Of a DNA stretch of 64,000 nt, positions 40,351 through 52,880 are shown one piece after another. The stretch is from assembly GCF_964213995.1 (NCBI RefSeq), contig NC_135817.1, positions 79,546,001 to 79,610,000 of the forward strand, given 5' to 3'. The position numbers and the translations under genes were made by a program. Under the pieces are notes generated by a model. That model was not told where the DNA came from. It saw only the letters and a program-made list of their open reading frames with translations, and made no database searches. This DNA comes from Mustelus asterias (Eukaryota). Each line of letters starts with the position of its first letter. The first letter of the stretch is position 1.

Positions 40351-41092
40351 AAAAAAATATCTTTAATGCAAAGAAAACTGGCCTGATATCTAAGTGGCTT
40401 GATATGAAATGTTCCCTGGTGGCATTCCTGTGAAGTGCTTTGGGATATTTTAATGCATTAGAGTCACTCTTTAAATGCAGGTTGTCATCTGTTGATGACA
40501 TAAACATTAGCCAGGGTTTGATTACTGACTCCTTGCCAAGTTACTTAATCATGACCAGAGACACCGCTAGTGATGGTAGATTTGGCTGTGGTATACCCAA
40601 GCTAATGAGAGGAAATAGTAGACAAGGCCATTACTCCTGATCATTATGGAAATATAAATTGCTGACAGTGACAATGTAGTAGGAACGTTAGAGGCAACCC
40701 CGAACTGGCTGCTCTGTAAAGCTAGGCATGGAGCTTAATTTTAGTTAATTATCCCCATCATCTCCTGTTGCCAAATGTGAGACGTAGGGAGGGCCGAGAC
40801 AGATATAAGGAATAAATCTCACTGCTTGCCGTGTGTGTGTAAATCAGTCCTATAGTGTAGGTGGTGATTTACTCCGTAAACCTGTTTGCCTTTAGTGACA
40901 GATTTGCTGGCATCGCCATCAGATGAAACTGAATCCTCCGGTGTAACACTGCTGCTGCAGCCTGATTCTTGAGCACGGATGCTGCTAAGGCATTCCTTCT
41001 TGAGCATAAATTAGATGTTAGCATCTTGGTACTGAAGTCAACATGAGCAACATTCATGTTTAGGGAGGCAGAGACCTGGGGCATGTTACAAG

Positions 41093-42775
41093 CTAAAAAG
41101 CATGGATGTTAGGGAACTTGGGGAATTAAATATTGATGTCTTGAGGAGTGTACATATTACAGAGAAGGAGGTGCTGGAAGTCTTAAAGCGCATCAAGGTA
41201 GATAAATCTGCGGGACCTGATGAGGTATATCCCAGGATGTTATGGGAGGCTAGGGAGGAAATTGCGGGTCCCCTCGCCAAGATATTTGAATCATTGATAG
41301 TCACGGGTGAGGTGCCTGAAGATTGGAGAGTGGTAAATGTTGTGCCTTGTTTAAAAAGGGCTGCAGGGAAAAGCCTGGGAACTACAGGCCAGTGAGCCTC
41401 ACATCTGTGGTGGGTAAATTGTTGGAAGGTATTTTGAGAGACAGGATCCACAGGCATTTAGCGATGCAAGGACTGATTAGGGACAGTCAGCATGGCTTTG
41501 TGAGTGGAAAATCATGTCTCACAAATTTGATTGAGTTTTTTGAAGGGGTAACCAAGAAGGTAGATGAGGGCAGTGCAGTTGATGTTGTTTACATGGACTT
41601 TAGCAAGGCCTTTGACAAGGTACCGCATGGTAGGTTGTTGCATCAAGTTAAATCTCACGGGATCCAGGGTGAGGTATCTAAATGGATATAAAATTAGCTT
41701 CTTGACAAAAGCCAGAGGGTGGTTGTAGAGAGTTGTTTTTCAAACTGGAGGCCTGTGACCAGCAGTGTGCCTCAGGGATCAGTGCTGGGCCCACTGTTAT
41801 TTGTCATTTATATTAATGAATTGGATGAGAATATAGGGGGCATGGTTAGTAAGTTTGCAGATGACACCAAGATTGGTGGCATAGTGGACAGTCAGGAAGG
41901 TTATCTCCAATTGCAGCGGGATCTTGATCAATTGGGCCAGTGGGCTGACGAATGGCAGATGGAGTTTAATTTAGACAAATGCGAGGTGATGCATTTTGGT
42001 AGATTGAACTGGGGCAGGACTTACTCAGTTAATGATAGGGCATTGGGGAGAGTTACAGAACAAAGAGATCTAGGGGTACATGTTCATAGCTCCTTGAAAG
42101 TGAAGTCACAGGTGGACAGAGTGGTGAAGAAGGCATTCGGCATGCTTGGTTTCATCGGTCAGAACATTGAATACAGGAGTTGGGACATCTTGTTGAAGTT
42201 GTACAAGACATTGGTAAGGCCACACTTGGAATACTGTGTGCATTTCTAGTCACACTATTATAGAAAGGATATTATTAAACTAGAAAGAGTGCAGAAAAGA
42301 TTTACTAGGATGCTACCGGGACTTGATGGATTGAGTTATAAGGAGAGGCTGAATAGAGTGGGACTTTTTTCTTTGGAGCATAGGAGGCTGAGGGGTGACC
42401 TTATAGAGGTCTATAAAATAATGAGGGGCATAGACGAGGTAGATAGTCAATATTTTTTCCCAAAGGTAGGGGAGTCTAAAACTAGAGGGCATAGGTTTAA
42501 TGTGAGAGGGGAGAGATACAAAAGTGTCCATAGGGGCAATTTTTTCACACAGAGGGTGGTGAGTGTCTGGAACAAGCTGCCAGAGGTAGTATTAGAGGCG
42601 GGTACAATTTTATCTTTTAAAAAGCATTTAGATAGTTACATGGGTACGATGGGTATAGAGGCATATGGGCCAAATGCGGGCAATTGGGATTAGCTTAGGG
42701 TTATTAAAAAGAAATAAGGGCGGCATGGACAAATTGGGCCCAAATTGCTGTAAACCTCAATTACTCTATGACTCT
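41093..42775 (+). mobile_element. CR1/HER1-type LINE, 5'-truncated, near-complete RT domain with few disablements
   Basis: KSAGPDEVYPR, DFSKAFDKVPH, VPQGSVLGPLLF, FADDTK, LVRPHLEYC, FFTQRVV motifs. Confidence 0.95.
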
Positions 42776-43167
42776 AGTGCTCCCTGCGTGGAGTCTCACA
42801 CAAACAGAGAATCTTTCAGAAATTGGAGCACAGAAAGGGGACAATGGGTTATATATTCCAGAAAGTATCTGTTCATGAAAGTTAACAGCAAGACCACAAA
42901 TTGAGCTCCTCACATTCATACCAACCTTGCCCAATTATACTCCCATTAACTGAATTCACATATATACTTCCATGGTCCCATTTCCCAGTACATGGTCACC
43001 ATGCTCGAATTCAATGTTTAATTTACTTGTTTGAGGGATGTGGGCATCGCTGGCTGGGCCAGCATTTATTGTCCATCCCTAATTGCCCAAGAGAAGGTGG
43101 TGGTGAGCTGCCTTCTAGGACCGCTGCAGTCCCTTTGCGCTAGATCTGAGTCCAACCAGTAGAAGAA

Positions 43168-43457
43168 TTTAAAGTTCAAAATTTATTTATTGTTGTCACA
43201 AGTAGGCTTATGTTAACACTGCAATTAAGTTACTGTGAAAATCCCTTAGTCGCCAGTTCGGGTACACTGAGGGAGAATTTAGCCAATGCACCTAACCAGC
43301 ACGTCTTTCAGACAGTGGGAGGAAACCGGAGCACCCGGAGGAAACCCATGCAGACACGGGGAGAACGTGCTGACTCCGCACAGATAGTGACCCCAAGCTG
43401 GGAATCGAACCCAGGTCCCTGGCGCTGTGAGGCAGCAGTGCTAACCACTGTGCCACC
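43168..43457 (-). mobile_element. V-SINE with alternative (non-CR1) tail
   Basis: HE1-like head and V domain joined to the cagtaactt...gcctacttgtgacaa...aataaa tail. Confidence 0.85.
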
Positions 43458-43889
43458 CTAAAAGCTGATTCCCATTGGCTTCAATTTTACTTGGGCTCCT
43501 TGGCACCTCACTTGGTCAAATGTTGATGTCAAAGGCAGTCTCTCTCGTCCAACCTCTTGAGGTCAGCTCTTTTGTCCATGTTTAGATCACAGCTATGGTG
43601 TGGTCTGGAGCCATGTGGTCCTGGCAGAACCAAAACTGAGCGCTGGCGTGCAGGTTATTGTTGAGTAAATGTCACTTGATGGCGCTGTCGATGGAACCTG
43701 AAGCTGTTCTATATCTGGAGAGTCTCTTCCTCCAATTGTCCCAGTGTTGAGTACAAAGGAAAATGTGGTTGTTGGAGGCCAATCATCTCAGTCCCAGGAC
43801 TGCAGGAGTTCCTCAGGTTAGTGTCCTAGGCCCAACCATCTTCTGTTGCTTCATCAATGACCTTCCTTCCATCATAAGTTTGTGATTAG

Positions 43890-44635
43890 TAGGGCAGGAC
43901 TTACTCAGTTAATGGTAGGGCATTGGGGAGAGTTACAGAACAAAGAGATCAAGTGATACATGTTCATATCTCCTTGAAAGTGGAGTCACAGGTGGACAGA
44001 GCGGTGAAGAGGGCATTCAGCATGCTTGGTTTCATTGGTCAGAACATTGAAGTTGTACAAGACGTTGGTAAGGCCACACTTGGAGTACTGTGTACAGTTC
44101 TGGTCACCCTATTATAGAAAGGATATTATTAAACTAGAAAGAGTGCAGAAAAGATTTACTAGGATGCTACCGGGACTTGATGGTTTGAGTTATAAGGAGA
44201 GGCTGGATAGACTGAGACTTTTTTCTCTGGAGCATGGAAGGCTGAGGGGTGATCTTATAGAGATCTATAAAATAATGAGGGGCACAGATCAGCTAGATAG
44301 TCAATATCTTTTCCCCAAGGTAAGGGAGCCTAAAACTAGAGGGCATACGTTTAAGGTGAGAGGGGAGAGATACAAAAGTGTCAAGCGGGGCAATTTTTTC
44401 ATACAGAGGGTGGTGCGTGTCTGGAACAAGCTGCCAGAGGTAGTACTAGAGACGGGTACAATTTTGTCCTTTAAAACAGTTTAGACAGTTACATGGGTAA
44501 GATGGGTATAGAGGGATATAGACCAAATGTGGGCAATTGGGATTAGTTTAGGGGTTTAAAAAAAAAAGGCGGCATGGACAAGTTGGGCCGAAGGGCCTGT
44601 TTCCATGCTGTATATCTCTATGACTCCATGACTCT
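43890..44635 (+). mobile_element. CR1 3' fragment nested in another LINE remnant (43755-43878 and 44637-44700)
   Basis: Very similar to 42010-42775; the flanks join as GVPQ.SVLGPTIFCCFINDLPSII | R..VGLFADDCT. Confidence 0.88.
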
Positions 44636-45374
44636 ATATAAGGATAGGAGTGGGGCTGTTTGCAGATGATTGCACAATGTTCAGCACCATTCACAACTCC
44701 TTAGTGTAGGAGGGTGCACATAGTTGGGATAAAGACTTGGAGAGAGATGTAGAGTGAAAGCAATAGCAGCAGAGATTGATGTAACTGCTGATGTAACTAT
44801 GATGCATTATTACACTGCTACATTCTATCATTTTGCTGATGACCAAGGGCAGACTGATGGGTGATAATTGGCCAGATTGGATTGGTAGACAGTGAGGCGT
44901 CCGTGTATTGAAGACACTGAGATCTCTGGGTGTAAATGCTTCTTCTGCAGCACTGAATGTGTTAATCTCCAGGAGAACAACCCATTTACACACAGTTGGT
45001 GATTCAGCAATGATCTCATTGAAAATGAATGATCGAGCCAGGATGAACACTGACTATGACATCTGCATGTCCTTTTTGAAGATACTTTTTGGCAGAATTG
45101 TTGCTCAGCCCCAAAGGCGAGTTTCACATTAAATAGCAAGGAATAATCATATTTAATTGTGTTACTAAAAATTTTTCAAAATATTTTCTTGTGTTACAGC
45201 CCAAGGGCCCAAGGGATTTTTCGAATATAGGAGGGGGAAAATCAGAGGTGAAATTGTTGAGAGACCCTGTGCTAATTAAACTCATCTGAGAACTTCAAAG
45301 TTGTGAAATACTTGCCCCCCACCCCCCCCACTCCACCCCCCCACTTCTCCCACCCCCCCAATCCCACTACCCCA

Positions 45375-45791
45375 GGCTGGAACTACAAAAGGTCGTGAAT
45401 GTAGCCCAATCCATCAGGCAAACCAGCCTCCCATTCATTGACTCTGTCTACACTTCCCGCTGCCTCAGCAAAGCAGCCAGCATAATTAAGGACCCCACGC
45501 ACCCCAGACATTCTCTCTTCCACCTTCTTCCGTTGGAAAAAGATACAAAAGGCTGAGGTCACGTACCAACTGACTCAAGAACAGCTGCTTTCCTGCTGCT
45601 GTCAGACTTTTGAATGGACCTACCTCGCATTAAGTTGATCTTTCTCTACACCCGAGCTATGACTGTAATACTACATTCTGCACTCATTTCCTTCTCTATG
45701 AACGGTATGTTTTGTCTGTATAGCGCACAAGAAACAATACTTTTCACTGTATGTTAATACATGTGACAATAATAAATCAAATCAAATCAAT
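45375..45791 (+). mobile_element. Rex1/Babar-type LINE 3' fragment
   Basis: LQKVVNVAQSI...IIKDPTHPRHSLFHLLP remnant; tail aataaa(tcaaa)n. Confidence 0.8.
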
Positions 45792-47086
45792 CTGTAAATT
45801 AAAATATCCCAAATTCAAATAAACAGATTAGCAGGTCATTTATCTCATTGTTGAGTTAAAGTCAAGTCTTTCGTGGCTATCCCCTCATCATTATTTCTTG
45901 ATGTTCCTCATCCTCTCAAATACAATTTTGAATTCCATGTGATATCCTACCCTATCCACCTCATAACCCCTCCCCAAGTTCACTCAATTGAAAAAAAGGA
46001 TCAAACTTTGCCTGTTAAATTTGCATCTCTCACAGATGGAGAAGTGAATGTCAACATTCTGCATTTAGAAAATCCATGGAATCTTTTTTTTCCCCTTTAT
46101 CATGGGATGTGGGCAACCCTGGAATGGACAACATTTGTTACCCATCCCTAATTCCCTTTGATCCAAGTGGCTTGCGAGTCCATTTCAGAGGGCCGTTAAG
46201 AGCCAACCACATTGCTGTGGGTCTGGAGTCACAGGTAGACCAGGCCAGTAAGGATGGCAGATTCCTTCCATTAATGAACCAGATGGGTTTATTTTAACAA
46301 CAATTAATGATAGTTTCATGGCATCATTAACTGCGACTGGCTTCATATTCCAGACTTATTAATTACTGGCTCTCCCAGGTTATGTTTTTCTAGCCTTCTG
46401 CTCAAGGAGTTCTTTACAATGTCTGTTTTAAGTTTAAAATCAATTCTTTCAATTCTCAGCTAGTTCTCCCACACCTTCCATTACAGCTCAGTATTTTGGA
46501 TTCTCTGGTGTGACACACTTTGGAACATCCATTATGTTGGAGGCACTTTGCAAATACAAGTTGGTTCACCAGCTGGCATGGTGGGATTTGAACACATGTC
46601 ACTAGAGCGTTAGCTTGTTCCTCAGCGCTAGTAACATTACCACTACACCACCATCTCCCTCTCAAACCTTGCAATCTTTTCTTTGTCACTTTAATCTTAC
46701 TTTTCCTCCCTTTATCCTTCCTCAGTTTGATCGCTTGCAAATATTTACAATGAGATAATTAAAGGCAAGGAAAATGTCACGTGAAGACAAACTAATTGGT
46801 GATAGAGGAGCTAATCTCAGTGATGATAGTTTGTGCCACTCATTTGCCAATTACTGTAATTAGTATGTTATCTATACTGATATTCTTTTCATCAAATAAT
46901 TGTAGTGTTTTTAATTCCTGCTTGAATTTCCCAGTCATCACACTGGTCTGTTTTGTGTCTCTATTCCTTCCTCGTCCAACCTCTTTATTTCCTGTCTTAA
47001 CGCAGTTTTAATGGCCTAATGTTTCCTACATTTCAATTAACAATTCTAAAAACACAACCACTTTCCTTCCAAAATGAAGAGATATT

Positions 47087-47212
47087 GACTGGAATTTTAC
47101 CTGCCCGCTGCCACTGGAATCGGAGCAGGCGAGAGGCGGACCATGGGAAAGTCCGTTGACCTTGGGCGGGATTTTACGGTTTCGGGATGAGCGAGGCCAT
47201 AATATCCCGCCC
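47087..47212. mobile_element. Short (about 125 bp) MITE
   Basis: TIR-like ends gactggaattttac / ataatatcccgccc; homologous to 49586-49711 and 57366-57477. Confidence 0.7.
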
Positions 47213-49186
47213 ATTTACTTAATGAGAAAAGTCTAGGATAGAAAGTAGACCTCGTACAAAAAGCTTGATCTCATATTCTAACTCTTCCAGCTTAACTTCA
47301 ATTGCATTTGGAATTCCTGGCTCTCCCAGGTTACTTCTTTCTCACCTTCTGCTTAAAGAAGTTTTAAAGAAGAATGTCTTTTTAAATTTTAAATCAATCC
47401 TTTCAATTCTTAGTTATTTCTCCCACATCTCTCACCACAGCTCGGTATTTTGCGTTCTCCTGGGTGAAACACTTTGGAACAATCATTATGTTGGCGGTGC
47501 ATGGACCATGTCCATTGGCACTGAGGTGAGGGTATCTAGATGAAGATGGGATGGAGGGGGGGGCATTAACCCAAGTTAACAACTACACACAGATACTTGC
47601 ACATAGCTGTCATGGTGTTGTGATCAGGAGTAGAGATCCTGACTTAATTTCCCCATTCTCCCCAGGGTCATCTGCTCTTTCCCGGCTGAGATTGACTTTA
47701 CACAGATCACAGATTGGTCTGGGGTCATTCCAGTTTTGTCTTGGGACATGGAAGAGGAGGAACATTAACTTGATTTCTATCAACCATGATTTCTATAATT
47801 TTTTTTATTCATTCACCAGCATTTTGTTGCCAATCCCTAGTTGCCCTTGGAGGGCAGTTGAGAGTCAACCACATTGCTGTGGTTCTGGAAGCACATGTAG
47901 GCCAGACCAGATTTCCTTCCCTAAAGGACATGAGTGAACCAGATGAGTTTTTCTGACAATTGACAATGGCTTCATGGTCATCAGTCGATTCTTAATTCCA
48001 GATTTTTTAAAATTGAATTCAAAGTCCACCAGCTGCCATGGCGGGATTCAAACCCAGAACATTAGCTGGGTTTCTGGGTTAATAATCTAGTGATAATATC
48101 TCCCCTGAATGGAAGGACATCAAGCACAGTTACGTCAAAGAAATTGGAAGGCTCAATTCTAAACAAATGTTGGCCTTGTGCGGCAGGCCAGAGGGTGAGA
48201 GGCTGATTATTTTGTTTCTGACAGGAAGCTATACCATTCTTGAAATGCTGGCAGGTTAAACGGATCAAACCACATAACCAAATGGTTGCATGTCTGAAGA
48301 AATTGCTGGCTATTTTTGTGAAGCAAGCATGCAATTAAAGATAAGATACTTTAAAGTGAAGGCATATAGCTCCCCCGGTGACACAGTGTGGAACAGAGCT
48401 CTATGCAGCCTACTGCACTGAATCACAGAATTTGACACCTAGAAGGAGGCTATTCAGCCCATCATGTCTGTGCCAGCTCTTTGCAATGCAATTAATCTCA
48501 CACCCTGCTCTTTCTCCACACCCCACTAAATGTTTCCCTTGTCAAATATGTATCCAATTTCCTTTTGAAAGTCATCACTGAGTCTGACTTCACCATCCTC
48601 TGAGGCAGTGTGTCCCAAATCGTAAAACTCACTGCATTTTAAAAAATCACCTCATCCCACTCTCCTCATTCTTCTACCAAATAATTTCATCCAGATGCAG
48701 TTTTTCTGTATTAAATTCCCACTTTCCTAATTATGCTGCTTAATTTGAAGCGCTAAATAACTCGACCTTTTTAAACACACGAGAAGCTGAATTATTGGTA
48801 GACTGAAGTCCAGAAATAATCTCGGTCCACTGAGTCCGCTGCTCCACAGACGTTCCTGTCCTACTTACATAGTCTCCCGGGTGAAGTTCCACAATATGTG
48901 ATTGAGAGAACGTCCCTTTGTTGCGATCCTGCTTTTTGGGGTCAGATGATGAAGTGCGGGAGGAGGGTCCTGTGGAGCAAAGGTTCGGATTTGTGGAAGA
49001 ATGCTCTGTCTGTGTGCTGTAACTGTGCAATTCCATGTCAGCTTCTCTTTATTTGCCATGATGACCACAATGATAATTTGCCCCTTTTATTTCTCCCCCT
49101 CGCCCCGAAGGTGTAGATCCACATCTCTCCACAAACACTGACAAAATTCCACCATCTGGCCCCCACCCATCCCTCCGTGCCCCTGT

Positions 49187-49487
49187 GCAGCACGGTGGCA
49201 CAGTGGTTAGCACTGTTACCTCACTGCTCCTGGGACCCAGGTTCAATTCCCAGCTTGGCTCACTGTCTGTGCGGAGTTTGCACATTCTCCTCGTGTCTGC
49301 GTGGGTTTCCTCCGGGTATTCCGGTTTCCTCCAGTCAAAAGGAAGTGCTGGTTAGGTGCATTGGCCGTGCTAAATTCTCCCTCAGTGTACCCGAACAGGC
49401 GCCGGAGTGTGGCGACTAGGGGATTTTCACAGTAACTTCATTGCAGTGTTAATGTAAGCCTACTTGTGACACTGATAAATAAACTTT
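49187..49487 (+). mobile_element. V-SINE, full length, alternative tail
   Basis: A/B boxes, V domain, tail ggggattttcacagtaacttcattgcagtgttaatgtaagcctacttgtgacactgataaataaac. Confidence 0.9.
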
Positions 49488-49519
49488 AAAAAATATATAT
49501 TTTCTAGTCCTCCCCATTC

Positions 49520-50212
49520 TTGGAATGTAGGAGAATGAGGGGTGACCTTATTGAGGTGTATAAAATCATGAGGATGAACACACATAGGCCGGAACTCTAC
49601 CACCTTGCCCGCCATGGAATCGGCGCGGGTGAGGGTCCAACAATAAAAATCTCCGTTGAGCTCGGGCGGGAATTTCCAGTCTTGCCTGAGCGAGGCTGTA
49701 AACTCTGGCCCATAGTCTTTTTGATGTGGAGATGCCGGTGTTGGACTGGGGTAAGCACAGTAAGCACACTGTTGGAGAACAGAGACCACTCCATCTGACG
49801 AAGGAGCAGCACGCTCCGAAAGCTTATGGTATTTGCTACCAAATAAACCTGTTGGACTTTAACCTGGTGTTGTGAGACTTCTTACTGTCCATAGTCTTTT
49901 TCCCAGGGAAAGGGAATTGAAAACTAGAGGGCATAGGTTTAAGGTGAGAGGAGAAAGATTTAAAAGGGACCCGAAGGGCAACTTCTTCACACAGAAGGTG
50001 GTGCGTATATGGAATGAGCTGCCAGAGAAAGTGGTTGAGGCGGGTTCAATAGCAACATTTAAAAAGCATTTGGATAAGTAGATGGATGGGAAAGGATTAG
50101 AGGAATATGGGCGAAACGCGGGCAATTGGGACTAGCTGGGAGGGCATCATGGTCGGCATCGACCGGTTGGGCCGAAGGGCCTGTTTCCGTGCTGTATTGC
50201 TCTATGACTCTA
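49520..50212 (+). mobile_element. CR1 3' fragment interrupted by a MITE (49586-49711) and a PLE terminus (49723-49888)
   Basis: RRMRGDLIEVYKIMR | HSLFPR...FFTQKVV; PLE TSD ccatagtcttttt at 49710-49722 and 49889-49901. Confidence 0.88.
49791..49829 (+). ncRNA. Minimal type I hammerhead ribozyme, intact core, covaried stem I
   Basis: ccau-CUGACGA-a-ggagc-agcac-gcucc-GAAA-gc-UU-augg. Confidence 0.8.
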
Positions 50213-50665
50213 TTAATAACTTTTTATTTGATGAGATTAACGTTGTACTCTCTTATTTGTACCTCACCAACCAATGAGAACAATCTAACCCTGTTTATTT
50301 ATCAAATCATAAACATTGAAAGCCTCTTGCAGTCTTCATCCCTTCACCTCCTCTGTTCCAAACTTAAAAGTTCGAGCTCCTCGAACTTTGGGCCCTTTAT
50401 CTTGGCTGAAACTCAGGTGCAGACCGGAGGGAATGCTGCACTGTCAGAGGTGCCATCTTTAGATCTAGACGTTCAATTTGCCCTCTCACATAGAAGGAAA
50501 AGATCCCATTGCGCTATTGTGAAGAATAGGAGTGGGGGCGGGCTGTGGGGGTCTCTCCCCAGAGTCCGGCTCCATATTTTTCCCTCACCAATATTACCAA
50601 AAAACAGATGTTCTGCTCTTTATCATGTTCCTGTGTGCAAGCTGGCTGCCTTGTTTCTCTCATTT

Positions 50666-51118
50666 TAGAATCATAGAATCCCTACAGTGCAGAAGGAGGC
50701 CATTCAGCCCATCGAGCCTGCACAGACTACAATCCCACTCAGGCCCTATCCCCATAACCCCACCTATTTATCCTAGCTAGTCACCTGACACTAAGGAGCA
50801 AGTTTAGCACGGCCAATCAACCTAACCTGCACATCTTTGGACTGAGAGAGGAAACCGGAGCACCCGGAGGAAACCCACGTAAAGTTAAAGTTTATTTATT
50901 AGTCACAAGTAAGGCTTAATTAACATTGCAATGAAGTTACTGTGAAATTCCCCTTGCTGCCACATTCTGGCGCCTGTTCGGGTCAATGCACCTGACCAGC
51001 ATCTCTTTCAGACTGTGGGAGAAACCGGAGCACCCGGAGGAAACCCACATAGACACGGGGAGAATGTGCAAACTCCACACAGACAGTGACCTGAAGCCGG
51101 AATCAAACCCGGGTCCTG
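50666..51118 (-). mobile_element. Two abutting V-SINE pieces: alternative-tail copy (50881-51118) and CR1-tail copy (50666-50880)
   Basis: The V-domain segment gaaaccggagcacccggaggaaacccac occurs twice, each time with a different tail. Confidence 0.85.
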
Positions 51119-51175
51119 AGGTGATTCATGGTGGACAATCGCAATGTTCCCCACACACAGTCATTTTTTGGGAGA

Positions 51176-52034
51176 GGGATGAATTTTGCAGATTTTGCAG
51201 AATTTCTGAGAGGCGGGGGGGGGTGCCTACTCTTGCCAGCAAGCCTGGCTTCGCAGAGAATGGACGTTATTTTTAATGGGTGCCGCAATCTCAAAGTGAA
51301 ATTTAAGGCCCACCCCTCATGGACACTGTTACCCCCCTCTCCCCCCACCATTGAAGGCATGTTTCCCCATCCCCTCCACAACATAGGTTGTTAGCATCAG
51401 GGCTTTGGAGCTCTCCCAATGGGACCCCCTTCATTTTCTCCCCCTTTATACCCCCATTCATGCTCCAACCCTTCATGACCCCCCACTCAGGGACAACCCT
51501 CCAAGGCCTCATTCCTCAGGCCCAACCCCTTCAAGCTTCACCCCCTTGACACTGCCCTAACATCCTGGAACTGCCACCTGGCTGTGCCCACCTGGCTGCG
51601 CCCACCTGGCACCTCCAGTGTGTCAGTTGGCACTGCCAGGTGGGCACTGCCCAGTCTTGTCCATGACCACCCAGGGGCTCCAATGGCCTCCGAGCCCCCG
51701 GCATGACCATCAGACCTGGTCTGTTTGTGAAGACCAGTAGTGATTCTTGCCAGGTCCCCGAGGGTCGGAGAATCCCGGGGGGGGCAGAGAGAATCCAGCC
51801 TGAAATTAACTAAGCATATTTAGCATATTCAAATGCTTATTTAAATATGCTAATCTGACCCCTGCCCTCAATGGATGGGAACCAGATTACGTCCAGGCGC
51901 AGTGGCTGAGAGAAACCCAACAGGGGTTCACACCGTCACTTAACGAACTAGATCCTCGCCCACAATTCTCCGATGCCATGCCCCCCCAGCGTGGTCTGTG
52001 CTGGGCGTGACGTGAGGTCAGAAAATTGCGGCCC
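51176..52034. mobile_element. GC-rich MITE-like DNA transposon
   Basis: Ends gggatgaattttgc / gaaaattgcggccc; internal palindromic segment ttagcatattcaaatgcttatttaaatatgctaa. Confidence 0.6.
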
Positions 52035-52059
52035 GAGAGCATTGTGTTTTAGAGTATTA

Positions 52060-52880
52060 GTCTCATTATTTAAGGGAGAATGTCAATGCATTGGAAGAAG
52101 TTCAGCGATAGCTTACTGGACTAATACCTGGTTCTGGGCAGGTTGCCTTGTGAGAAAAGGATGGACAGGTTAGTCTTGTATCCACTGGAATTTAGAAACT
52201 AAGAGGTCACTTGATTGAAACCTTTCAGATCCTGAGGGGTCTAGACAGGGTGGATGCGGAGAGCATGTTTCCCCTTGTGGGAGAATCTCGAATTAGGGGT
52301 CACTGTTTAAAAATAAGAGGTCATCCATTAAAGACAGAGATGAGGAGAATATTTTTCTCTCAGAAGGATTAAGCTTCTGGAACTCTCTTCCTCAAAATGG
52401 GAGCAGAGTCTTTGTTTTTTCAGGAAGAGCGAGATAGATTCTGGATTGACAAGGGGGTGAAAGGTTATCGATGGGATATACAGGAATGTGGTGTTGAAGT
52501 TAGAATCAGATCAGCCATGATTTTATAGAATCATAGAATCCCTACAGTGCAGAATGAGGCCATTCAGTCCATCATCGAGTCTGCACCGGACACAATCCCA
52601 CCCAGGCCCTATTTTGCAAAATTCACGTATTTACCCCACTAATCCCCTGACATTAGGGTCAATTTAGCATGGCCAATCCACCTAACCCGCACATCTTTGG
52701 ACTGTGGGAGGAAACCTGAGCACCCGGAGGAAACCCACGCAGACACGGGGAGAACGTGCAAACTGACAATGACTCGAGGTCGGAATTGAATCTGGGTCCC
52801 TGGGGCTGTGAGGCAGCAGTGAATGGCGAAGCAGGATTGAGGGGCCGAATGGCCTACTCCTGCTCCTAATTTATATGTTT
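52060..52880 (+). mobile_element. CR1 3' fragment interrupted by a minus-strand HE1 V-SINE (52526-52820)
   Basis: CR1 body, then SINE, then resumed tail gaatggcgaagcagg...ggccgaatggcctactcctgctcct. Confidence 0.8.

Noticed and set aside
41102-42693. Possible active reverse transcriptase gene
   Set aside because: 5'-truncated CR1 with stops and frameshifts, and no endonuclease domain or ORF1.
46368-47495. About 175-bp diverged direct repeat (46368-46545 and 47320-47495)
   Set aside because: Both end like L2-type tails; most simply two old repeat copies or an old local duplication with no further signal.
49390-49404. cccgaacaggcgcc resembling a tRNA-Lys primer-binding site
   Set aside because: Only a partial, rearranged match inside a SINE tail, with no adjacent LTR.
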